Source: Candidatus Omnitrophota bacterium
GTDB taxonomy: Bacteria; Omnitrophota; Gorgyraeia; Zapsychrales; Zapsychraceae
Length of the DNA: 29,844 bases
Reading direction: 5' to 3'
Assembly (NCBI GenBank): GCA_030634235.1
Contig: DAOWBD010000001.1
Location: forward strand, 1 to 29,844
The notes under the pieces were generated by a model, which had not been told where the DNA came from, did not search any database, and worked only from the letters and a program-made list of their open reading frames with translations. Shown here piece after piece: positions 7,400 to 15,825 of the stretch (positions are counted from its first letter, which is position 1; every line of letters begins with the position of its first letter). A program made the position numbers and the translations under genes.

Positions 7400-8085
7400 G
7401 GTAAATAATTAAGAGGATTATCCTCAATAGATTTCTTTCTGATCTGAAAATGCAAATACGCCAGATCACCGCTGCGCCCGACTTGGGCAATATCCCTGCT
7501 CCTTAACACCAATTCACCGAGCTTGACCAAAACTTTTGAATTCTGTGCGTAGACCGAATAAAGTCCGTCTAAATGATCCAGAATAACCGTATATCCGTAA
7601 CCGCTCAAATAATCCGCGAAAACAACGCGTCCGGTACGGGCTGCTTTAACCATATCCCCTTCCTGCACCCGTATATCGATCCCTTTATTGACATGCCCGT
7701 CGTTCCGCTGATGAAAATACCTGACTACTTTTCCTCTAACAGGCCATATAAACTCATTTTGTGCCTTGTCGACATCCAAGAAAATCTCGCGAACATCATC
7801 AACTCCGGGAATAAAAACAAGCTGATTCCTCTCGATCTTGGCCGACTTCGGAATGCTGTTGGTCCGGATAATATCCTTAACCGGAACATTATACGTCTTG
7901 GCGATCCGCCAAAGAGTCTCTCCTGGTTTAACTTTATGATAAACGCCTTTTCTTGCCTGCCGTTGCGGCGAAGGCGCTTGCCTGACCACGATCTCCTCCT
8001 GGGTCTCCATCGAGACGCACCCGGAAGCAAACATCATCAAACCGCTAAGAAAGACCAAACAATATTTTTCTGTGCTATTGATCAT
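7396..8085 (-). CDS. nlpD: NlpD-like lipoprotein (LysM plus degenerate M23/LytM)
   Basis: Lipobox-like FASGC, LysM (YHKVKPGETLWRIAKTY), and an M23 domain with NKGID and YLH in place of HxxxD and HxH. Confidence 0.8.
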   Translation of the reverse strand: MINSTEKYCLVFLSGLMMFASGCVSMETQEEIVVRQAPSPQRQARKGVYHKVKPGETLWRIAKTYNVPVKDIIRTNSIPKSAKIERNQLVFIPGVDDVREIFLDVDKAQNEFIWPVRGKVVRYFHQRNDGHVNKGIDIRVQEGDMVKAARTGRVVFADYLSGYGYTVILDHLDGLYSVYAQNSKVLVKLGELVLRSRDIAQVGRSGDLAYLHFQIRKKSIEDNPLNYLP

Positions 8086-8121
8086 ACATAAATGCTATCG
8101 ATACAACCTTTATTCAAATGC

Positions 8122-8195
8122 TGGAGCGAGGGACGGGAATCGAACCCGCGTATTAAGCTTGGGAAGCTTACATTCTACCATTGAATTACCCTCGC
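8122..8195 (-). tRNA. tRNA-Gly (anticodon CCC), CCA encoded
   Basis: Reverse complement gives GCGAGGG...TAAGC-TTCCCAA-GCTTA...GGTTCGATTCC...CCCTCGC-T-CCA: 7-bp acceptor stem, U73 discriminator, 74 nt. Confidence 0.97.
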
Positions 8196-8206
8196 ATATC
8201 TAACTT

Positions 8207-8872
8207 CTAACGTACGGGCATGACGCGCCGCACCCCTACTGTTACCTGCGCAATAATGTCTTTAAATTGCTCAACCGTTTCTTCAATATTCTGGGCTTCA
8301 CAGACCGCCCGGCAAACCGCAATGCGGTTACCGCCGAGCTTTTTGATCTCAACAACATTCTTAAGGTCAATCCCTCCAATCGCAAAAACAGGGATCTTGA
8401 TATCTTTAAAAACTTTTTTTAAGAGATCCGTGTCTAACGGCTGGCGGTCCGGCTTTGTCAGCGTTTTAAAAACCGACCCGAAGCCTATATAATCGGCTCC
8501 GTCTCTCTCCGCCTTCTCTGCGTGAGCGAACGTCTGACAGGAAACGCCGATCAAGGCGTCCTCCCCGATCATCTTTTTCGCTTCAGCAAGCGGCACATCG
8601 TCCTGCCCGAGATGAACTCCCGACGAGCAACTGATCATCGCCAGGTCCACGCGATCGTTGATAATATACGGGATCCGGCCTTTGGTCATGCCCAAAATAC
8701 GCCGTGAAAAATCCAAGATATCTCTGGCCGCCCCGGTCTTATCGCGCAACTGCATCACATCAACGCCCGCGGCAATGGCCTTCTTAGCAATTTCAAAGAG
8801 CTCGTCATACGAATTCACGCTTCGATCGAGAATCAAATACAACCTAGTGCTTCGACTAATCTTTTCTTTCAT
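8207..8872 (-). CDS. thiE: Thiamine-phosphate synthase
   Basis: LYLILD, QLRDK, IINDRVDLA, GVHLGQDD, IGVS, ADYIGFGSVFKTLTK and FAIGGI motifs. Start placed at ATG 8872 (ORF track extends to 8941 through a repeat). Confidence 0.92.
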   Translation of the reverse strand: MKEKISRSTRLYLILDRSVNSYDELFEIAKKAIAAGVDVMQLRDKTGAARDILDFSRRILGMTKGRIPYIINDRVDLAMISCSSGVHLGQDDVPLAEAKKMIGEDALIGVSCQTFAHAEKAERDGADYIGFGSVFKTLTKPDRQPLDTDLLKKVFKDIKIPVFAIGGIDLKNVVEIKKLGGNRIAVCRAVCEAQNIEETVEQFKDIIAQVTVGVRRVMPVR

Positions 8873-8910
8873 ATCGCTCAACACTAGTGGTGAGCCTGTC
8901 GAACCACTAG
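8844..8910. repeat. REP-like palindromic doublet at the ThiD2/thiE junction
   Basis: Unit A is CTAGTGGT-gagcctgtcga-ACCACTAG (8884-8910, perfect 8-bp arms). Unit B has CTAGTG (8844-8849) and CACTAG (8882-8887) arms enclosing cttcgact...cgctcaa. Three CTAG occur within 67 bp. Confidence 0.7.
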
Positions 8911-9323
8911 CATCGTTCAATGACATTTTTTTCAAGTGCATAAACCCTGTAACGAAGCTTCTTTAAACCTTCGGCAACCTTTTTATCGCGCAATTTCGCG
9001 AATTCCTCAAGAACCCGTATCGATTCTTTGACCCTCTGCGAGTTCGCGTAAAAAATATCCGTCGCACTCTTGCGTTTGAATTCAACAGGCGTCGAGGTGC
9101 GCCCCACATCCCTCTCGATATTACGCGACCGGATCACATCCTTGATCTTCAACCCTGAGAGCGTTTCCGTCAATTGATGCCGGACAACTTTGTAATTCCG
9201 TGTCGGGCCCTTCGCGTCAAGGACGAACCGGCAGACATCTTCACAAACCCTTAAACCTTCTTTGGCGCGATTAAAATTCGCGTCCATCACACGCCCGATT
9301 TTCTTATCGCTGTCTTTACGCAC
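8907..9323 (-). CDS. ThiD2-like helical protein (stand-alone homologue of the N-terminal domain of cyanobacterial ThiE)
   Basis: DANFNRAKEGLRVCED...RHQL...RDVG...AN.QRVKESIRVLEEF.K....LRY..Y.LE pattern. Start uncertain; GTG 9323 chosen. Confidence 0.8.
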   Translation of the reverse strand: MRKDSDKKIGRVMDANFNRAKEGLRVCEDVCRFVLDAKGPTRNYKVVRHQLTETLSGLKIKDVIRSRNIERDVGRTSTPVEFKRKSATDIFYANSQRVKESIRVLEEFAKLRDKKVAEGLKKLRYRVYALEKNVIERC

Positions 9324-9804
9324 GTTTGACAATACCGTTGATGATATTCGTCGATGAAACACCCTTGACAAACTTGATAAATTTGACCTTGCCGCCATTG
9401 GCCAGGACAATCTCGCTTCCGACGGCCCCTTTTCCCTTCCAATCGGCCCCTTTGATCAAAATGTCTGGCTTCACCGCCTCGATCAGTTTGACCGGCGTTT
9501 CCTCATCGAAAAGCACAACGTGATCGACACATGCTAAAGCCGCTAAAACCCCGGCGCGCGAGCGCTCACCGACGATAGGTCGCTTCGGCCCTTTGATCTT
9601 TCTTACCGAGCGGTCGCTGTTGAGCCCAACGACAAGAATGTCCGCCGACCTCTTCGCCTCCTCCAAATAACTGACATGCCCTAAATGGAGGATATCAAAG
9701 CATCCGTTGGTAAAGGCGATCGTGCGCTTGCTCCTGCCCTTACGCAGCGCGCGGATCTTTTTCTTAAGCGTCGGAGTTTTGATGATCTTTGATTGCGTGT
9801 TCAT
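9316..9804 (-). CDS. rfaE2: D-glycero-beta-D-manno-heptose 1-phosphate adenylyltransferase (HldE domain II)
   Basis: FTNGCFDILHLGH, GLNSDRSV..IKGPKRP and KGADW motifs. ATG 9804 overlaps the gmhA stop (ATGA). Confidence 0.92.
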   Translation of the reverse strand: MNTQSKIIKTPTLKKKIRALRKGRSKRTIAFTNGCFDILHLGHVSYLEEAKRSADILVVGLNSDRSVRKIKGPKRPIVGERSRAGVLAALACVDHVVLFDEETPVKLIEAVKPDILIKGADWKGKGAVGSEIVLANGGKVKFIKFVKGVSSTNIINGIVKRA

Positions 9805-10370
9805 TTCGAAAATTGATCCTCGACCAGTTCGCAAATCGCGTGCGCGATACAGATATGAGTTTCCTGGACGCGCGCGGTTACCTTCGACGGGACGATCAGG
9901 CTGATGTCCGTTAGTCCTGCGATCTCTCCGCCACCGCACCCGGTCAGCGATACCGTCGTCAACCCCATGCTCTTCGCCGTCTTGATCCCTTCAAGAACGT
10001 TCACCGAATTCCCGCTTGTCGAAATACCGATCGCAACATCTCCTTTTTGCCCAAGGCCTTCGATCTGACGGGCAAAAATAATATCGATACTGTAATCATT
10101 GCTAAGAGCCGTCAGGATCGACGTGTCCGTTGTTAGCGCGATCGCGGCTAAGGCCTTGCGTTCCTTCTGAAAACGTCCGATGAATTCAGCCGCGATATGC
10201 TGGCTGTCCGCGGCGGAGCCTCCGTTGCCGAAAAGAATGACCTTGCCCCCCTCGTTGAGCGCCTTTGTTATGGCCCCGATCACCTCGACGATCTTATCGC
10301 CGTTCTGCTCGAGAGTCTCTTGCTTAACCTGGATCGATTCTTTGAAAATATTTTCAATAACGTTTTTCAT
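9801..10370 (-). CDS. gmhA: Sedoheptulose 7-phosphate isomerase
   Basis: GNGGSAADSQH, NDY..D.IFARQ, ISTSGNS.N and RVQETH motifs. Confidence 0.95.
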   Translation of the reverse strand: MKNVIENIFKESIQVKQETLEQNGDKIVEVIGAITKALNEGGKVILFGNGGSAADSQHIAAEFIGRFQKERKALAAIALTTDTSILTALSNDYSIDIIFARQIEGLGQKGDVAIGISTSGNSVNVLEGIKTAKSMGLTTVSLTGCGGGEIAGLTDISLIVPSKVTARVQETHICIAHAICELVEDQFSK

Positions 10371-10383
10371 GCGTCTTTATCCT

Positions 10384-11412
10384 TTATGTGTAAAATACTT
10401 TAGCGATCTCCATAAGATCGGCATCAACCATTTTACGTTCCTTCACGGCATCGGCGATGTCCACACAACTGATCTTGTTATTGTGAAGACTGACCATCTT
10501 CCCAAATTTGCCTTCTTTGACAAGCTCAACGGCCTTAAAACCAAACCGCGTACCAATGATCCGGTCGTACGCCGTCGGGACCCCACCACGCTGAATGTGA
10601 CCCAAGACACTAACGCGCGTTTCATAACTCGTGTTCTCCTCGATCAGATCCGCGAGAACCTCACCGATCCGACCAACACGATGCCGCCACCCTCTGAACC
10701 TCTTATCAATATCCTCTTTCGTGTATCCTTTGATCTGCGCCCCTTCCGAAACGACAATAATGCTGAAACTCTTCCCCCGTTTATGACGGGCTCGCAGCGA
10801 CGCGCAAACCTTGTCGATCTCGATTGGGAATTCCGGCAAAAGAATATAGTGAGCCCCGCCGGCGATCCCCGCCTCAAGCGCGTTCCATCCCGTATGAAGA
10901 CCCATCACCTCAATAACAATGATGCGGTGATGGCTTTCGGCCGTCGTGTGAAGGCGGTCGATACATTCCGTCGCGACATTAACCGCCGTGTCAAACCCAA
11001 ACGTGTAATCGGTGCCCGAAAGCGAGTTATCGATAGATTTCGGAACCCCGACGATCGGCAGATCGTACTCGCGCAAAAGCTGAAGCGCGATCTTCAACGT
11101 ATCCTCCCCCCCGACGGTAATCAGCGCATCCATGCCGCTGCGCTTGAAGTTCTCGTCAATGATCTTAATTCTGCGTTTTTCAAGCGGCGGAACAATACGG
11201 CTCGTCCCTAAGATCGTTCCCCCACGGGCCAGAATCCCAGATGTTAAGCGATAATCCAATATCCGCATATCATTGTCCACAAGTCCGTTCCACCCGTTCT
11301 TAACCCCGGTGACAACAAACCCTTCGTCAATCGACTTTCTGACAACCGCCCGGATCACCGAATTAAGGCCGGGACAATCAGCTCCACCTGTTAAGATCCC
11401 AATTTTTTTCAT
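10384..11412 (-). CDS. pfkA: 6-phosphofructokinase, PfkA group III type with PPi-type signature residues
   Basis: DCPGLN, GGTILGTSR, GGEDT, PKSIDN, FGFDTA and LGHIQRGG motifs. GAGGAG SD. Confidence 0.9.
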   Translation of the reverse strand: MKKIGILTGGADCPGLNSVIRAVVRKSIDEGFVVTGVKNGWNGLVDNDMRILDYRLTSGILARGGTILGTSRIVPPLEKRRIKIIDENFKRSGMDALITVGGEDTLKIALQLLREYDLPIVGVPKSIDNSLSGTDYTFGFDTAVNVATECIDRLHTTAESHHRIIVIEVMGLHTGWNALEAGIAGGAHYILLPEFPIEIDKVCASLRARHKRGKSFSIIVVSEGAQIKGYTKEDIDKRFRGWRHRVGRIGEVLADLIEENTSYETRVSVLGHIQRGGVPTAYDRIIGTRFGFKAVELVKEGKFGKMVSLHNNKISCVDIADAVKERKMVDADLMEIAKVFYT

Positions 11413-11428
11413 TTACGTTCTCCTCTTA

Positions 11429-12043
11429 TCATGCCCTGTACCCCTGGAACGGAACATTCTGCTGAGATTCTTTTTGAGGCTCTTCTTTCTTGGGCGGCTG
11501 CTTTTCTTTTCCCTGATCAGGAAGAATCTTCCCGACAAAGATCGCAACCTCAATAGGCTCATCTAGGCCGATCGTGCTTTGAATCTTTCTCTTCACCAAT
11601 TCCTGAACCCGTGACGTAACCTCCGGAATGCTGCCCTCGGCGCGCAGAATCAGCTTGATCTTGATCAGCAAGCCTTTTTTCGAAACAGAGATCTTGGACT
11701 TCACTTCCCGCACCTCGGATGTCCGGCTAATCACGCGCTTCGTCAATTCTTCAATGGCCACTAGTGAAACACTGACACGTCCCGCAGGGTTATCGAAGGC
11801 AATAGTCTTCTCCCTGTGGACATTGACCGTAAATGCCCGGTAAAAGACGAAATTCAGGAACAACAACGCGCAGGCCCCGCCCGCAAAGGTCACACGCAGA
11901 GCCTCGTCATAATAAACAACTGCGAGCAAATTGACGACCCTCTGCATACTGATATAATTAAGCACGAACAATAGAATAAAGGAGCTAAGAAACATAATTA
12001 AGGTCACATAAAACAGAACCGCTATTCTCGTTAGAAATTTCAC
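11429..12043 (-). CDS. amaP: AmaP-like membrane anchor for Asp23
   Basis: Two N-terminal TM segments followed by a G.VSVSL.AIEE...V.EVKSKI Asp23-like fold. Adjacent to an Asp23 gene with a GTGA overlap. Confidence 0.8.
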   Translation of the reverse strand: MKFLTRIAVLFYVTLIMFLSSFILLFVLNYISMQRVVNLLAVVYYDEALRVTFAGGACALLFLNFVFYRAFTVNVHREKTIAFDNPAGRVSVSLVAIEELTKRVISRTSEVREVKSKISVSKKGLLIKIKLILRAEGSIPEVTSRVQELVKRKIQSTIGLDEPIEVAIFVGKILPDQGKEKQPPKKEEPQKESQQNVPFQGYRA

Positions 12044-12396
12044 TTTACCTCCCTTTCTATACCTTGTACGTTAACGTTTATATCCTTTAAATTGATATCC
12101 AGCGTCTTATCAATTGCCGATTTGATGGTTTCCTGAACCTGCCTGGCCGCATCAGGAATATTCATCCCGTAACGGACAAGTATTTGAAGCTCAAGGGTCA
12201 CTTCGCGATCTTCATCGACCTTGATGTCGATACCGGGAAACTCTTTCTGCCCGAAAATCCCAACGAGCTTGTTGCCCAGGTGCTCCTCGATTAAATGGAC
12301 ACCCTCGACACCGTCAAGGGCCGACAAAATAATTTCCGCAAAGACCTTCTTATGCACTTGCACCGAACCAAGATCAATTTTGTCTTCTTTTTTCAT
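12040..12396 (-). CDS. Asp23/Gls24 family protein
   Basis: LGSVQV...V.AEI...A...VEGV, then V.YG.NIP..A..VQ..IK..I and INVNVQGI. Confidence 0.9.
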   Translation of the reverse strand: MKKEDKIDLGSVQVHKKVFAEIILSALDGVEGVHLIEEHLGNKLVGIFGQKEFPGIDIKVDEDREVTLELQILVRYGMNIPDAARQVQETIKSAIDKTLDINLKDINVNVQGIEREVK

Positions 12397-12398
12397 TG

Positions 12399-13754
12399 TC
12401 AGACCTCCGAATCGCTTTTTATCATCTTATCAAGAAAATGCGTTGTCACTTTCCCTTTGAGAAACCGCGGGTCCTTCAGGATCTCAATATGCAGCCCAAT
12501 CGTCGTTTTGATCGGACCGATATAAAATTCCTCTAGGGCCCTATTCATCCGGTAGATCGCTTCCATGCGGGTATTGGCATGGACAATCAATTTCGCGACC
12601 AGGGAATCGTAATACGGGCTGATCTGGTAGCCCTGGTAAATATGCGTATCAATACGCACACCGAATCCGCCGGGGATATTGAGTTCCTCAATCATTCCGG
12701 GCGAAGGAATGAAATTATTCTTGGGATCCTCGGCATTGATACGGCATTCGATCGCCACTCCGCGAATCACAATATCTTCCTGTTTAAAACTGAGTTTCTC
12801 GCCGGCGGCGATCCTGATCTGCTCCTTGATGATGTCGATACCGGTCACCATTTCCGTGACCGGATGCTCAACCTGCACGCGCGTGTTCATCTCCATAAAA
12901 TAAAATTCGTCGTTGCTGTCAAGAAGGAACTCGACGGTCCCAGCCCCTTTGTAATTAACGGCCTGCGCGGCCCGCACGGCGGTCTCTCCCATTTTTTGCC
13001 TCAGGTCCTCATTCAGGGCCGGCGAAGGCGCCTCTTCAAGCAGCTTCTGATGCCGTCTTTGAATGCTGCAATCGCGCTCGCCAAGATGAACGACATTGCC
13101 AAATTGGTCAGCCATGATTTGAAACTCAATATGACGCGGGCGTTCAATATACTTTTCGATATAAACATCCGGATTACCGAAATTCGCCTCAGCCTCATTC
13201 TGAGCAATCGTAAAGGAACTGACAAGCGTGATATCGTTATGACAGACACGCATACCCTTACCGCCACCACCAGCCGCCGCTTTAATGATGACCGGATACT
13301 TAATCTCCTTGGCGGCTTCAAGAGCCTCCTCTTTGCTCTCGATGACACCATCGCCTCCCGGCGTTACAGACACCTTATTCTTTACCATCGTTTCCTTCGC
13401 AACAACCTTATCCCCCATAGCCCGGATCGTTTGAGATTTCGGGCCAATAAACGTGATATTGCATGATTCGCATATTTCCGCAAAATGTGCATTCTCAGCA
13501 AGAAAGCCATAGCCCGGATGGATCGCCTCGACATCCGTCACCTCAGCAGCCGAAATAATAGCAGGAATGTTGAGATAACTATCCTGGCTCGGCGCCGGAC
13601 CGATGCATACCGCTTCGTCGGCAAAGCGCACGTGCAAAGAGTCGCGGTCAGCCTCGGAATAGACAGCAACGGTCGGGATGCCGAGCTCACGGCAGGCCCG
13701 TATGACCCTTAATGCAATTTCCCCACGATTTGCGATAAGAATTTTTGAGAACAT
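12399..13754 (-). CDS. accC: Acetyl-CoA carboxylase biotin carboxylase subunit
   Basis: [43 protein letters not shown] and RINAEDP motifs. Confidence 0.97.
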   Translation of the reverse strand: MFSKILIANRGEIALRVIRACRELGIPTVAVYSEADRDSLHVRFADEAVCIGPAPSQDSYLNIPAIISAAEVTDVEAIHPGYGFLAENAHFAEICESCNITFIGPKSQTIRAMGDKVVAKETMVKNKVSVTPGGDGVIESKEEALEAAKEIKYPVIIKAAAGGGGKGMRVCHNDITLVSSFTIAQNEAEANFGNPDVYIEKYIERPRHIEFQIMADQFGNVVHLGERDCSIQRRHQKLLEEAPSPALNEDLRQKMGETAVRAAQAVNYKGAGTVEFLLDSNDEFYFMEMNTRVQVEHPVTEMVTGIDIIKEQIRIAAGEKLSFKQEDIVIRGVAIECRINAEDPKNNFIPSPGMIEELNIPGGFGVRIDTHIYQGYQISPYYDSLVAKLIVHANTRMEAIYRMNRALEEFYIGPIKTTIGLHIEILKDPRFLKGKVTTHFLDKMIKSDSEV

Positions 13755-13765
13755 AAGTTAGAAAA

Positions 13766-14218
13766 TTAAAGCGGTTCGACGGTAAACAGCGTCTGCCCAA
13801 ACTCGACCGGCTGCGCGTTGTCAACGGGGGCATCAATCACCTTTCCCCGGACTTCCGACTTGATTTCATTCATTAACTTCATGGCTTCAATGATACACAC
13901 CACCTGACCAACTTCGACCACTTGGCCGACTTCAACAAACGACGGGGCTTCCGGCGAGGCGGACCGGTAAAACGTCCCGACCATGGGGGAGTTGATCTCT
14001 TTCCGGTTGGAATTGTCGACCTCGGCGGCTTCTGCACCGGCGGACGACGATACGTGGGCCTCAATGTGCGACCCGGCGGGAATCTTGCGAGCAGGTTCAA
14101 TGATCTCGGCAGAACCTTTTCGGATCTTGATCTTCGTTCCTTCACGCTCAACCTCAATCTCTGTCAGATCATTTTCATTCATGAGGCTGATCATTTCTCG
14201 AATTTCTTTTAAATTCAT
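13766..14218 (-). CDS. accB: Biotin carboxyl carrier protein
   Basis: SPMVGTFY and EAMKLMN biotinylation motif. Confidence 0.97.
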   Translation of the reverse strand: MNLKEIREMISLMNENDLTEIEVEREGTKIKIRKGSAEIIEPARKIPAGSHIEAHVSSSAGAEAAEVDNSNRKEINSPMVGTFYRSASPEAPSFVEVGQVVEVGQVVCIIEAMKLMNEIKSEVRGKVIDAPVDNAQPVEFGQTLFTVEPL

Positions 14219-14781
14219 TTGTTCACCCTTTCGACATAGGACCCGGTTCTTGTATCGATTTTCACCCGATCCCCGATATTGACAAACAACGGCACTTGGA
14301 TCATAACTCCAGTATCAATGGTTGAGGGTTTCGTTCCAGCCCGGGACGAATCCCCCTTAAAACCCGGTTCTGTTTCAATAACTTCGGCAATAATGAATGT
14401 GGGCAAGACAACTTTGAGAACCTCATCACCGTGGCAAACGCCCGTGACTTCAAGGTGATCCTGAAGGAATTTAACAGCATCGCCCAAGACTTCTTCTGAG
14501 AGGATCCTCTCCTCATAGCTTGTAGCATCCATAAAATGGAAACCATCGCCGCTGCGGTAGAGGTTTTGAAGCTTTCTCTCTTCAAGCATGACGTCGTCGA
14601 GCTTATCGGCCGTTTTGAATGTCCGATCGAGAACCTGCTGCGTCTTGACATTCTTGAGCTTGACCCGGACGAACGCGCTACCCTTGCCCGGCTTCACATG
14701 ACTGTACTCGGTCACCAGAAAAATGTCTCCATTAATACGAAGACCCATCCCAGATGAAATTTGATTAATAGATATCGTCAC
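14215..14781 (-). CDS. efp: Elongation factor P
   Basis: HVKPGKGSAFVR, PGFKGDS and VPLFVNIGD.VKIDTRTG.Y motifs. GTG start. Confidence 0.97.
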   Translation of the reverse strand: MTISINQISSGMGLRINGDIFLVTEYSHVKPGKGSAFVRVKLKNVKTQQVLDRTFKTADKLDDVMLEERKLQNLYRSGDGFHFMDATSYEERILSEEVLGDAVKFLQDHLEVTGVCHGDEVLKVVLPTFIIAEVIETEPGFKGDSSRAGTKPSTIDTGVMIQVPLFVNIGDRVKIDTRTGSYVERVNK

Positions 14782-15823
14782 TTAGAATTTCGCAATCGTT
14801 TTTCCTGACCAGCACCATATCTTCAATGCGGACACCGAACTTCCCGGGAATGTAAACTCCCGGTTCAACAGTGATAATCATTCCCTCTTTGAGAAGCGAA
14901 GGATTATTATGGGCTAATCGCGGACTCTCATGAACCTCGAGCCCAACGCCATGCCCTAGAGCATGGCCGAAATATTTCGCTAACCTTTGTTTTTTTAAAT
15001 AGTTACGTGCCAGATCATCAATTCTTGAAGCGGGGACACCAGCCTTAATCTCACGGATCGCAGCGCGTTGGGCCGCATAAACAGCGTCATGAACATGCCT
15101 GACAAGTGCGGATATTTTACCTAAAAAGAACATACGTGTCAAGTCGGACTTGTAGCCGTTAACGTCGATACCCATGTCGATCAAAAGCGGTTCCCCCCGA
15201 CGGAGTTTTCGCGCTGTAACCTTCGCGTGAGGGTAGCAGGAATTCGGTCCTGAAGCGACGATCGTATCGAACGCGAAGCCTGCCCCCTTCGCCCGAACAA
15301 AGCGCTCGAGCTTCACGAGCAGATCGCTCTCTTTTATATTAGGTTTAATATTCTTTTTAAGAAATAGGTGCGCCTGTTTATGAACAGCGAGGGCCTTTTT
15401 CACTTTTTTAATCTCATTCTTATCTTTAACAGCACGCATCTCCTCGATGAGAGCATCAGCTTTGATCAACCGCACCCCCTTCGGGATTCGCCGCTCGAGC
15501 ATCCGGTACTGGAACAATGTCAGGCTCGACGTGTCAATGCCAACTTTCTTGACACGCGCCGCCCGCATCTCTTCCCCAAGAGTCTCATATATAGACTTCG
15601 TGAAAAGCTTAACACGAACCCCTTTGCCCTTGAGCCCTTCCCTCGCCTCCTGAACATAACGGAAATCGGTGATGTAAATCGTGCGGCGAGAAGTAACAAA
15701 AAGCCACGATTCGCAGGCGGGAAATCCGGTCAGATACGTTATATTGATATCTTTTGTGACAAGAAGGGCGTCGATCTTGCATTGAGGAAAGGAACAGGTA
15801 AGTTGTTTAACTTTCGCGTTCAT
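14765..15823 (-). CDS. Xaa-Pro aminopeptidase (M24B, YqhT/PapA-like)
   Basis: YLTGF, TDFRY, PH, D.G....GY.SD.TR, HALGHGVGLEVHE, TVEPG.Y and GVRIED motifs. Confidence 0.93.
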   Translation of the reverse strand: MNAKVKQLTCSFPQCKIDALLVTKDINITYLTGFPACESWLFVTSRRTIYITDFRYVQEAREGLKGKGVRVKLFTKSIYETLGEEMRAARVKKVGIDTSSLTLFQYRMLERRIPKGVRLIKADALIEEMRAVKDKNEIKKVKKALAVHKQAHLFLKKNIKPNIKESDLLVKLERFVRAKGAGFAFDTIVASGPNSCYPHAKVTARKLRRGEPLLIDMGIDVNGYKSDLTRMFFLGKISALVRHVHDAVYAAQRAAIREIKAGVPASRIDDLARNYLKKQRLAKYFGHALGHGVGLEVHESPRLAHNNPSLLKEGMIITVEPGVYIPGKFGVRIEDMVLVRKNDCEILSDDIY

Positions 15824-15825
15824 GG

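Noticed and set aside
8086-8206. tRNA-Gly as an integration site for an island
   Set aside because: No integrase, no duplicated tRNA 3' end elsewhere in the window, and housekeeping-type genes on both sides.
8844-8910. Idea that the repeat split an ancestral ThiD2-ThiE fusion
   Set aside because: Deleting the 63 bp between the outer CTAGs leaves the TAG in the ThiD2 frame and does not bring thiE into frame, so there is no simple restoration.
8873-9939. Long N-terminal extensions given by the ORF track for thiE (8941), ThiD2-like (9410) and rfaE2 (9939); likewise lipB (22884), HD-GYP (3633), GT2 (19868) and HIT (5293)
   Set aside because: They overlap upstream genes or a terminator. Shorter starts give canonical lengths with SD or ATGA coupling.
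10180-11211. 343-aa plus-strand ORF
   Set aside because: Antisense shadow of pfkA, with no recognisable motifs and an Arg/Pro-rich composition typical of reverse-frame ORFs.
12579-13466. 295-aa plus-strand ORF
   Set aside because: Lies wholly antisense to accC and has no independent features.
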